A DNA stretch of 64,000 bases from Amphiscolops sp. MND2022 (lineage: Eukaryota), in the NCBI GenBank assembly GCA_964187785.1, contig OZ076409.1, positions 28,150,001 to 28,214,000 of the forward strand, given 5' to 3'. The first letter of the stretch is position 1, and every line of letters begins with the position of its first letter. Positions 12,443 through 25,400 of the stretch are shown in pieces. The notes below the pieces were generated by a model. It was not told the origin of the DNA. It searched no databases and saw only the letters and a program-made list of their open reading frames with translations. The position numbers were made by a program, and so were the translations under genes.

Positions 12443-13416
12443 TAGGTGATTCTGTGGAGCACCTCTATTATTCAAGTATAAAATTGGAACAGCAAAACAT
12501 TTTTTAAAAAAACGTCAGCAATTTTCCGTACCCACATACGATATATGGGGGACAAAAAATTATAGTGCTACAGACACCAAGTTCAAAGAACCTCCTAGGA
12601 ATCTGACAAGAACGACCTGTCCGTGACAGAAATTATCTGGGATGGAAGCCCTTGCAGATGGGCTCTGATTTCGTTAGAGTGAACCGAATTTAGATTGCAC
12701 CTTACTAATCAATGACTGATGAAAACTCGTCAATCACCATGATTCTGCAGACAGTCACAATTGAAACAATTTACGTTCCGGGCCGTTACCTTGGCAAGTA
12801 AAAGTTTATTTTAAGAATAAGGGCTTTTCCCACTGAGAAAGCAAACCTTCCGACAGAATGGACTTCAAATTGTTCTTACTTGAAGAAAACCAGTTCTATG
12901 GCTTATTTCATGATATGAATGTTAAGAAAAGTATCATGAACGGTGCGAGCATGGTACCATCATGCCACGTGAGGCGTAACAGTTTGGTGAATGTCAGTTT
13001 GGATAAATTTCTAACTTCTTAGACGTAAAATTGATTAAATGATCTTTTTCGTGAAACTTTTCAAAATATTTTCGCCTGTTGTAAAATGAGCGAAAAATTT
13101 TTTGATTTTTCCTACCAATGATTATGCGCTTCACGTCATCATACATATCTTTGTTTTTTTTCCGGGAAGTTGATTGAAAATATCATCTTAGATTGAAACC
13201 AAAAACAATATTTTCACCCGAGAAGAGCTTATATTACTATGGACATGAGTTGACCGTTTAGTTTCTTTTAGATAGTTTCAGAATGTTATTTCAATCTAGG
13301 ATAATTGTCACATGTTTGCGGTTTGTTGTTCAGCGACATCTGTAATTTCGTTCTGCAACTCAAACCACAGCCTCGGAGGTTTCGAAGAGTATTGGAAAGT
13401 GTTTGATCACACTGAC

Positions 13417-16400
13417 ATGGCATATAGAAGAGCAAGAAACGCGGAGCGAGAGAGAACTCTTCATGAATCACTCTCTGACGTCAAAGAGGCATATGAGGCT
13501 AGTCTGTTGGATAGGACGCAAAAGGTTAGCGTTGGTTTTAGACTTAAATGCACTTTGTAGAATAGGTCTTCTGCGTGGAATGTCAGAAAATTAAACAGAA
13601 GTCAGGTGATATTGTTGACCTTCGAAATCTAACGCTAGATTTTAGATGGAAATAGTTCAAATTCATCAGTTACCTATATTCCTCATTAATTTATGCATTT
13701 CTCATGATTTTTATTTTCGCCCTAATTACTTCGGAGCACCTTTAAATTACCAAATTCTCGCAGTTCTACATTAACACTTTAATGTTGGTGATATTGGATA
13801 TGCGTATTAGTTTCCGGTTTTTAGTGAATTTTGTTCTAGAAAAAACTATGAAAACTTCCAGTATGTCCAGAAGACTAACAATCTTCCAGTATGTTCGTTA
13901 TAACTTGTACTGACGGAAATTCGTTCAATATCACCCGTATAACTAGCTCGAGATACGTAAAAAATCACTAAATGATCTCTTTTCCATTTTGAGTTTCTAT
14001 GTTTTGTTTTGCAAAATAGTTGACCCTTGTTGAACATGCTTGAACTTTTTACAAGTACTTTAATGTTGCCAGCGACTTTTATTATGATTTTCTAAATATC
14101 TTACGGAAACTTTAATGCGTTAATATTTCCCTGTTGTTGCCAACTTTTATCAAGCTGCTTTAAAGAATCATCAAAGTTTTGGCGGCAATTTCAAGCCGCG
14201 AAGTTCTTCAAGTTTCAAAATGCATTAGTTCTAATTTTAAATGCAGCTGAGACGTCAACAATTTTGCCGCCATTTTAATGCAAATTAACTTCATTCACAA
14301 TGTAAACAGCAAACTAGCGTCATCTTCAACGTCCTATTTGAGAAGCGGTGATTAAATCAGATGAGTATTTGAGAAATTAATGTGTGAATACAACGTGATC
14401 GTGTCCGTAAAAGAAGTGGGAAACGTTTTCAAATTTAACGGCAGTAGTGGAATATGCAGTGTAATTCTACAAGATTTCCCACCGGAACCTTACTGAATTT
14501 TCTAGGTTTTATAAAAATTACCCTGCAAGCAGGCCGGCAGCATGTAAAAAGTTCTCAACTAGGGGATCTACTTTAATTTTTGAAACTTTCCTCGGAAGCA
14601 ATTATTGTTAACATGGGAATTCCTGGAGAAAACATTTCTTCACGTTGTCAAGATCTGAGAACAAGTACTGCTACAGTGCCTCACGAAATTGTAACGACAC
14701 GAAAACGTCTAAAAATTCGGCGCTATATCTAAGGCTCAAATTGCGCAAACTCAAATTTTTGAAAAAAACTTGAAACTTTCGAATTTTTTTTCGGAAAATG
14801 TCGCATAGTGCCGAAAAATGTAACAGGGGACCATTTTGGATTTATTAACATACATTCTGTTGCAAAATATCAAAAAAACTCGAAGGCGGAACCTTTTGAG
14901 ACATTAATAAAATGGACCCTTCAGTCTCGTCCGATTTTGTAGAGAAAGTAAAAAATAAAAGGGAACCCTTTCCACTAAGTTTGAATTCGCCGGTGTCGCA
15001 GGCACACTGATAACGACCACGGCAACAAACCAATAAATGGTACCCGGAACTCTACCTACATTTTGAGCAAGTACACTGTTGAACTTTAAAAACTCACATT
15101 TAGCAATAATATTTGTTTTCAAACCGTTATATTTTTCAATATGTTGCAGTTGATATTAGTCTGGTAATATTACGATTTGGGATTAGCCAAATCGATTCGT
15201 TTATGTAGATTACTGAGAAGTGAAATTGAAGTGCGAAATTGAATTGATGCAGTAGCAAACAATAAGCAAGTTAATCGCGATAAGGAAACGTGTTCAAGTG
15301 CGGAAACGTCCCTTCTCGGCGATGTGACTTGCTGCGTATTTGTCAACCAATCAGATCGTTCCTTTTGTTGTATAGGTGCTTTTATTCTATAATGGCCGAA
15401 TGAGGCCTTTTGACTTAATGTAGCTTACGTTCATTAGCACTTTGGTCAAATGGCCGGTTCCGTCAATTCATGCATTTTAGTGCTTTGTTGTTTAATTAGA
15501 CTGGTATTTACTCGGAGCTAGTAAATTCATGGTTTTTAACTAAATAGAAGCATTTGTATTAATATGATACCCAAATAATCCCAACCAAGATATAATGGAC
15601 AATTAAGGCCATTTTACCATGTCCCTTTAATGTGCCGTTTATTTTGTGGTTTCGAGCCCATTCCGGCCTTGACATGAAAATATATTCTCACACATATTTG
15701 AGTTGTATTAAAGTCCTACATGCAATAATACATTCCATTCTTGATATGATCAGCAGTAGTCTTGTGTCGGCACGTGCCATCACTTCACTCCGCTGTAAAG
15801 AATGTAAGCGGAGGTATTTGTTGACACTTTGATACAGTTGCCTTAGTCGGTAAATTGTTTGTAGCTGCTGTTTCATCAGATGACATTTAGATGCCATTCC
15901 TTAAATGTCCCCTAATAATATGCAGTTGTCGGGGCATTTTTCCTATGAAGTTGTAAATCATATGATTCCATTTTTCTTAACTAGTCATGTAAAAAAGATG
16001 ATTGTCATTCCCCGAGCAGTATAAATAGTTCCACCTTGCTAGGGAGAGTCATTAAAGTCAGTTGGTCTCGTACTAGTAAAGATACTCAAAATACTCAAAA
16101 TACAGTTACTCTGTTAGTTTTCCGGTTTTAATAATTGAAATAGTCGACCCGCTTCTGTCTTAATGCCTACTACGAGGAAACAAAGGAAAGCGAGAAAGTC
16201 GAGAGGTTTAGAAATGTTATCCGACTTTGAAAATCTTGATATCATATTGGGAGAAAATCATTCCAATAGAACCGAAAGGGACGGAAGTCTTGATACTACT
16301 TCAGTTAGAAGGCATGAGAGCGTTATGAGTAATAACTTAGACGAAGGAGGCGAAAAACCCTACTCTGATCATAGAAATTCAAATGGAAGGTCAAATGCCA

Positions 16401-19400
16401 ATTACGGCCAAAACTCAGCGGACGTGAATTCTCAGGCTGAGATTAACAAGTTGTCGAGTGAGTTAAACTCTAGAATATCTAGAGAAATGAATGAGATGAT
16501 GAGTAGCGTTAGTTCTCAAATCCAAAGGGCCATAAATGAGGCTATAGGTACTCAAGTCTCAAATTCAAAATGTCATGATGGCCGGATTGGGACGTGAGAC
16601 TAGGAGAGGATGGGAAACTTCTGTTGAGAGACCGGAAATTAACTCCCAAATTCAGTTTAATTTCAACGTGAAAAATAATCTTAGAAATGAACAAAGTGAT
16701 GACCACCGCAATAGCGAATTCACTAACCGAAATGTTCATGACAGCCGGACTTGGCCCTTAGCGGTTTCAGGAGTTTCTCTAAAAAGTGGTCTGATCAGTG
16801 TGAGGTCTGTGGTCTGAAGAGAAAAAAGGTCACTGTAAGAGTCGGGCATTTTTCCTTGAAAGGAAAAGGCGCCGACTGAAAAGAAAATAGCAAAACTGAA
16901 CAGTGTGGAATTTTTCTTCGTGTACAATCAATGTTGTTCAAAGTACCGATTCCTTCAATTACCTCTCCCGCGTTGTTGTGGTAACCAATTTATTCATAAC
17001 TTATTTATTTTATTTTCCGCCTTCATAAAGTTATTTGTGTAGAGGAAGGAAAATCACCATCAGTGTTGTGGTTTATTGCCAAAAATCCACATAGTGGAAA
17101 AATCCATTAACTTCTTCAGTTACTTAAGTGAAATAGATAAATTTGTCACGGTGACCCAGTCCATAGGGCGCTCGCCTGCCAATCAGTAGGTTGTGGGTTC
17201 GAACCCGGGCTGGAACCTCATTTTTTTCTGCTTTCCCAGGCAGCACCTCGTCTTTGCCATACTTTTTTGCTTATTTCAGAAAGCTTCGTTTTCGCTCGGG
17301 TTTGCAAGCCTCGTTTTCGCTAAACCTTTTTGCAATATGATTGTTGCAGAAAATTACCCTGTGGTAAGCGGGCATCTTGTTACAGTTCCGTGTGTGCTAG
17401 TACAGAAACAAATTCGTGATTTCATTCACTTCAACTGTTTCAAACTAGTTAGTTTTTCTTTGATCGTCTCGATTTACTAGTTTCCTTCCTGTTCCCACTG
17501 CAGCTAAATCGCAGATTTTGGAGGATGCAGCAGCAGGATTATGCACAAGGCAAAATGCCCATAGGATGCCATAATGGACCTATATAACGGTGATCAATCT
17601 GCGCGAAGAGCGTTTCAAGGGCTTTCTAACGATAATACCAAGTTGTCTTTCAAAATATACCGTTTATGTCAGGAGAAGGTTTATTCGAGACATGTCGTCA
17701 AAAAGAAACGACACAGTTCGTTATGCAGCTCGAGATCTTTCAAGTACACCGGAATTACAATTGAACCCTGGAGTTATTCCGCGAGTTCGGAGAAAAAGAT
17801 GGTTGGAAGCAACATAATGGAAGAGAGGAGTTATTCTGAGCAAGAAAAACAAATAACAAAGTATGAAAATTGCACAAAGGTATGCTAACTGGACACCGGA
17901 AGACTTCAACCGGGTGATTTGGTCGGCTGGAACAAAAGTGAACAGATTTAGTTCAGAGATGCCCTCGCCTCAATATTGGACCACCATGTGCAACGTACAT
18001 TCAAACACAGAAGTTTTAGATTAATGCAATGGAACTGTATGGCATAATGAATCAACCAGGCGTGTAAAAGGAAAAACATGGATAATTGGATTCATTGTGA
18101 GACTTTATCAGATAGTTTAATGGGAACATTGAAACACTACGGATAGGGAACTAATTACATACACTTCAACCGGCTAATGACTCTAAACATACACTTGGGT
18201 TAGCAGAGGACTTGTTCGTGCAAAATAAAATAACAGTTACTGTCGCAGGCTGCCGCCTGCGATGGCAACATCTACACAATTGACCATACGAGGCCAACCG
18301 CCCTACCTGGGACACTCCCATTGTAAACTAAAACTTTCAAACATTTAGTATTTTTTTGAATATGTAATGTTGATTGATGAATTGTTTTATTATTTAAAAT
18401 ACATTTGACAGCAAGCTACACTGACAGGCGGAAAGGAAACGTGTTCAAATGTTTGCCTGTCCAGTATAGCTAGCTAAGCCGTCCATGGTCAATTGGCCAA
18501 TCAGAGTGCAGTTTATAACAGCCATCTTATTACTCATTACGTAACTGCGCTAGTAGCTATTTAGAATGGACCAATACGGCCAATTAGCTTTGCCGGCCTT
18601 AATGTAATTTGATGCTATACTTGAATGATATTCAGTAACTACAAATAGGACGAAAGCGGCTATGTGACATAGCCGTCCCTATTCACTGTATTAATTGTCT
18701 TGGTGCTATACAGTAAATAAGGCCTACCACGGCCGGTTGACACGATGAACACTCAAGTGCTGTATACTGACCACAAGAGATTGGTGTCACAATTGATTAG
18801 TGATGAAAAGACACAAGTAGCCCTCCCCCATGCAATAACAAAACGCATATATTGTTGACATGTAGTGTTGCTTTTCGTATTATACTGGGATCAAATTAGA
18901 AAGCCCCAACGTTTACAGGCCATATAGGGCTTACATGTATGTGCTCAAGTGTAATATTGTTTTGTGAAACTGAAAGGGAACTGAAAGTCCCTTACAGTTA
19001 CTTACCATATGTATTTTACATGAATTATGTTTACATGTAAAAGTGTTGATATATATTACGTTACACATGAGTGTTATTACCTACTCGTCATATGGCCTAA
19101 ACGGGCGTTTTGATCTAACCGCTCACGTAGGCCTACGATGATGTCATGTTGCTATTTATAGTGCTGACGTATCTATTTTTAGTTTGCGTTGCTGTTTTTA
19201 GTATCATGACCATAACAATTTTGCCTGTCATGCCCTCTGGGGTATATATACCCAAGTCGGCCTGACAAAGGTTAATCATAATTTTGCAGTTACCTGATAC
19301 ATCACGCTCATTTTTGATTAACCTGAATATAGAAATACTTGTCCACAGGAACAATGCAAATATTTTCTCCTGGAATAACGTTTTCAATGCCTTCTACGAG

Positions 19401-22400
19401 GAGACAAAAAGCCAAGTCTAGGAAATCCAGTGAATTAGATATGTTGTCCGATTACGGCAACATGGACGTGATGCTAGGTGAGAGAAATTCCCACTCTATA
19501 GAAAGAGAACTTGATAGCTTGATTAACGTCCCTGAGGGACAACGAGACTTTCAGTCCTTTCCGAATAGAGAAAATTGATCTCAAGAAAATGAGATTAGAG
19601 ACATCGATAGTAGAAATGAACTTGTTAGGGAAAGTAGACTGATAGAGTCTATCAATACACTATCTGGGGAAATGAATGCTAGGATGTCACGCGAGATGGA
19701 GGCTATGATGGACCTAATGCAATCACAGATTACCAGGGCCATTAGTTCTGCTATAAGCGAGAGAATTCTTCCGGAAATACAGAATATGGTAGAAAATTTG
19801 CCTTCGGGCCAACATGACGTTGAGCCGGGTACGTCCTTAAATGAGGAAGGAATCAGGAATGCATGGAAGAATACAAATACAAGATTAACAAAGAAGGATT
19901 CAAGGTCCGCTTGTGATCTGAGAGACCACACGGACGTTAGCCCTTACATGGTGACAGGAGCTACCGAACTCCAACAGCCGATTCCTGAATTCCTCACAGG
20001 ACGAATTCACTCTCAGCCAGACCTCCAAAGGCAAGAATCTGCACATGACGCAACTCTGGATACAACTCTGCCAGTAGCGGAGCCCGTTCCGGCAGAACAG
20101 CCATTGGACCCTATCAACCGAATAGCTGATGTCCTGGTAAACCTCCAAAACAAACCACAGTCGATGACAATCAGACCAGTCACGACGAACCCCATGACAT
20201 TCGACGGCAAAACAGAGAAATTTGAATTGTTTGAAGATTTATTTCATACAATGGTAAAGATGCAGCCCGCTATGACGGAACAAATGAAAATAAATCATTT
20301 TCATTCATTGCTCCGAAAAGGAGCCCTGCAGCCTTTCCGAAATATAAAATCCATAAACCGTCAAACATTAGAGGACGTATTGGTCATATTCCGCAGAAAG
20401 TACGTCAAACCTGAGTCCCAGGCCACAGCTAAACACAAATGGCATAGGCTCATCTTCGATCCCAACACAATGAAACTACCCGATTTTCTTGAGGAACTCA
20501 ACCAGGGTGTCGAGAAAGCCTTTGGGGAAAACGCCAAGAGCATGATCGATAGCCTCTTATACGCCAAATTACCCCCGAAACTCAAGAGATCAGTGAAAAT
20601 GGCCCGACTGGAAAACGGGACCTACGAGGAGATTGTGGCACATCTGGAACGAGAACTCGAGTTAAACGCATTAGAAGAATCTGATGACCTACCCATTGCT
20701 ACAATGGCTTCGTCGTCCAACAAATCCCGAAATTTACTATCCAATGGCATTGACACCAACAAAAATAACCAATGCTCATACTGCAAGGCAGAGGACCACT
20801 TCTGGAAAAATTGTCCAAAACTGAAAAAGAAGAAAGAATCAGAGGCCAAAGACGGCAAGAGGCCTCAACGACAAACTTATCCAGAATGCCCCACCTGCAG
20901 CAAAACCAATCATCCAGCAGAGAAATGTTGGCGTGGCGCTGGTGCCCATCTTCGTCCAAACGAAATAGACAAGACTCCTCCAAAGATACGGAGCCCTCTG
21001 AAGACGAAGGCACTCGCACCAAGAACGAAAAATCCACAACGTCCTCATCAGGCCAATCGAATTCCAAAAAGCCTGAATCAAAAAACTAATTTTGCCACGA
21101 CTCCAACTCTCTGATCAAATGTCGATACGACAATATGTCGTATCAGACCCAGCTAATATCGCCTACAAGCAATCACAAAAGGACACACAGGGACCCCATC
21201 GACTGTCTGGCAGCAGCAGATGGCGGAAGCCTGTACTCAAACCCAATACATTATTCACAGTGACCACCCATATCTATATCGACGTAATAACCTCACTAAA
21301 GACTCAGAAACCCAATTCCGACCCTTACAAATTGTCGAAGACTACAACCCCAATACTATGACCCTGAGTACGGCAAAGACCCGTACTGGGATGATGATAT
21401 ATACGATAGGCACAATTTACAATTTCGGAATGATGACTACCCGCCAACAGATGATGAGGATGACCCTGACATTGTGGACACCATACTGTCCCGGGCACTC
21501 ATCGAACCGTGGCAACCAAATTTTGATGCAATCAAAGATCAGCCGCATGCAGAAGAGACACAGGCCACACCTGGCCTCCTCGACGAGACAGCCTTCATAC
21601 ATGTCCTTGTAACTAAAGAGGGAGAACCAGCATACATACCCTTATCCACAAACCTCGGACTCAAATACAAAAAACGGATGCTATATTTCCCGATGGACTT
21701 TGGGGAACTAACCATAGACGGCCTCATAGACACTGGAGCGCACTCCAGCGCAATACCGGAAGCAGACCTCAGGAAAATACGCCTACTGGCGCCCCAATCC
21801 ATAGTCAAAGAGGGACCTGCCCCGACGTTTCAAATTATGGTCGCAAACGGACAATTGGAAACCCCAAAGAGCACTGTTGAACTCAGGTTCGAAGTCGGAG
21901 ATATTGAATTCCACGAAATATTTATAGTAATGGAAAAACTGACTGGCCCTATCATAGGACTAATGTTCCTCCAGAGGAATCATACAGTACTGGACATGCG
22001 ACAAGGCATTCTCAATTTCCCATATTTCTCGATGCAACTCAAAACGGCTGACCATAAATACTCCAACGTACTGGAACCAATACTTAACCCAGACGCTATC
22101 ACAATACCACCCAATGACCGTACTTTGGTAGAGATCAAATCCCAAATATACAATGAAAACACGGTCACAGGAGTGTTGCAACCCAGTGATCTCCTCCATG
22201 AAGAAGGCGACATCAGATTCTGTGCCGCAATAGTCGCATTGACTAGTGGAAACGTCAACGTTCATATCACCAATTTCACAGACCAACCGTACAAGCTTAA
22301 AAAGGGGCTACACATAGCAAACTTTTCCGTACTAACACCGGAATAGATGAAACACGTCAAACCAATTGACCCTGGTGTCCACCCTGGTGACCCTGGCATC

Positions 22401-25400
22401 TCCTCAATGAAAACGAAGAGGATGCGATCTACTATGTCAGTAGTCTACTCAAGGCTAACCGGAACAATGACCAATATGAGCAGTACTGTTTCCCAACGCC
22501 AGAAAACCCAGGGAACGAAGATTCCCATACTCCCATCCAACGACGAATTCTTCAAGAATTACGAAACCTCCAAGAAGCTGAACAATTGAATCCTCAGAAT
22601 GATGATGAGTCACTCCGCAAATTCCTTGGCAATTTCGACTGGAAAGACTCCATGCTGCAACAACATGAAATCAAAAAGATCGAATCGCTTCTAGTCGAAT
22701 ACCATGACATATTCGCACGACACAGATTTGACATCGGAGTGAATGAAGAATTCACGGTCAAACTGACCCCTAAGGACGATTCGCCCGCTTACAACCGAAG
22801 TCTTCCAACTCCAGTCAATTCAGAAGAGGACATACTTGTCGAACTGGCCCTCTTACACAAATATGGCATAATAACTACCCTGCCCTTTTCGAAATACCCC
22901 AGTCCCATATTCGCACAGAAAAAGCCGAATGGGAAGCTAAGACTACTAGTCGACCTGAGAAAAATTAATAACCTCATTTCGGATGACTACATAAACAACA
23001 ATCATCCGGTTAGCACTCTAACAGACGCTGCACAACATATGGCAGGAAAGAAACTGTTCTGTAAACTTGACTGTTCACAGGCATACCACTGCCTACCAAT
23101 GGCGGACCAAGGGTCCGTTGAGATGCTTGCGTTCAATTTTGCAAGCCGCACATTTGCGTATAGACGACTTGCTCAGGGCCTTAGCAGAGCATTATCAGCC
23201 TTTTCAAGTTTCATGAGGGAATACCTGGATAAAGTTATCAAAGCTGATCAATGTGCCCAATATGTGGACGACATCGGCATAGCCGCCAACGACGCGGATC
23301 ATCTCATCAAAAATTTGAAAGCCACCTTTGAGTGTATCAGACATGCGGGCCTTAAACTAACAAGGCACAAATGTCACTTTGGGGCAACGGAAATCGATTT
23401 TTTGGGAAGAACAATTACCCCGGAAGGTGTCAAACCACAAAAGGAGCGAATAACAAACTTCCTAGGAAAAACCAAATTCCCCAAGTCTAAAAAAGCTCTG
23501 CAAAGATATCTTGGTTTCCTCAATTATTACAAGAACTATATCCCAAGACTATCTGAAAAATTAGCCCCTTTCTTCCAACTTCTCAAAAAAGACGAAAAAG
23601 TCCTAGTGACTACAGAACTAATACAACAGTTCAATGAAATCAACCGGGTTGTCAACAAATGTAGCCAATTGGATCTGAAGCAACCTTTGCCAAACAAGCA
23701 ACTGGTCCTGATGACAGACGCTAGTTTCACAGCGGCCGGCTACGCCATACTTACCGAGGACGACCCAAACCAGAAATATTCATCTGTCAAAAAATCATAC
23801 GCTCCAATTGCATATGGCTCAAAAACTTTTACGCCATCGCAACTCAAAATGTCCATATACGCCAAGGAATTCTTAGCGATTTATTACGCATTCAAAGAAT
23901 TTGAACATATTTTCTGGGGAGCCCCTAAACCGATTACTATCCTCACGGACAACAAATCGGTCACGAGATTCTTCCAGACGAAGATAATCCCTCCAACACT
24001 CTGGAATGCATGTGACTATGTAATACAATTCAACTTTGTCATAGCACATATACCAGGAAAAACAACACAGCAGCCGACTACTTATCTCGCATGGAAATGG
24101 ACCCCAGAGAGAAACTAATCCTTAAAATCCGCGAAGACATAGAGACTAAGCCCATCGAGGTCAATGTCCAATCGGCAGGCGTTGCTGAAGAGGAACAGGT
24201 TTTCTTCACGGTGCAAGATGATGAGACAGAAGCTCAAATTTGGGAACGTAAAAAACAAAGCCGAACTAACCCAATCGACCAAGAAGGCGTAATTCAAATT
24301 GACGCAATATCTGAAAATTTAGTAGTTGAAATTACGAACTTTACCCAAAAATTACGCAGAACGAATCAAATCTTACTTGAACAATCCAAGGACCCTATAC
24401 TGCGCCAACTCAAAGCCAAAATTCAGACGAAGACTACTCTAAAGAGCTACTCCAGCAAGATATCCGATACAAACACTACCTCAACAACTTGGACCGAATA
24501 GTCCTTAAAGACGAAATAGTCACACGACAATATTATGATGAAACTGGACAAGTCAAGTATCACCAGGTTCTCTTACCAAAACACCTTTTGACAGAATTCT
24601 TACAGGCCTTATCCGGAACGGCGCACAAACACCCTGGCATATCGAAAATGTTACAAGAAATCCGACAGAAATACTACTACCCCGGTATAGCAAAACATGT
24701 AAAAAAATGGGTAGAAGGATGTGTAACTTGCGCAAAAGATAAACGGGTTCCAAACAACACGATAACACGTGAATTGCTTAACTTGCCAGAATGGGACCTT
24801 GGACCAGAGGGCGCAATGCAAATCGATTTACTCCCAAACTTACCAACAAGCGGGGGTTACCAAACAGTGATGACAGCAACAGATGTCTTTTCAAGATATC
24901 TGTTTGCCTACCCGCTAGTTGAGGCAACAGCCTCTAACACGGCAAAGGTCTTAATAGACATCATGACAAAGCACTCATATTTGCCAACTACGATCATCAC
25001 CGACAAAATTTTACATGCTTTTACATCAAAAATTATTGCAGAGATAACGCGAATCTTGGGAATAACCCTAAAATGTGCGACGACTAAACATCCACAAACA
25101 ATTGGCAAACTCGAGAGAACTCACGCCTCATTGAAGACAAACTTGAAAATGGCCTCAGGGGAAAATCGCCGTCAATGGCACAAATATTTGCCACTAGCAG
25201 TGCTCAATTATAACACAACTTATCATTCCAGCATCGGTTGTGAACCGAGCAAGGTCTTTCACGGAAGAGTTCCCTATAATGTTCTTGATCATAAACTTGG
25301 AAACAATCCTAATAAGGATTTCCTCCCGACGACAGAATTTGCTGAAGAATTACAACAGAGAACGAAAGTTCTCATTGACAAAACGAAGCATAACATTATG

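Noticed and set aside
12700..12740. Hammerhead ribozyme (CTGATGA...GAAA)
   Set aside because: No stem II or III pairing around the core
17145..17215. Functional tRNA gene
   Set aside because: B-box is present but the A-box is degenerate and the cloverleaf does not close; better explained as a SINE-like relic
10808..19948. Pairing the element 1 LTR, solo A and the element 2 5' LTR as ends of one element
   Set aside because: They are highly diverged; solo A and element 2 each have their own TSD
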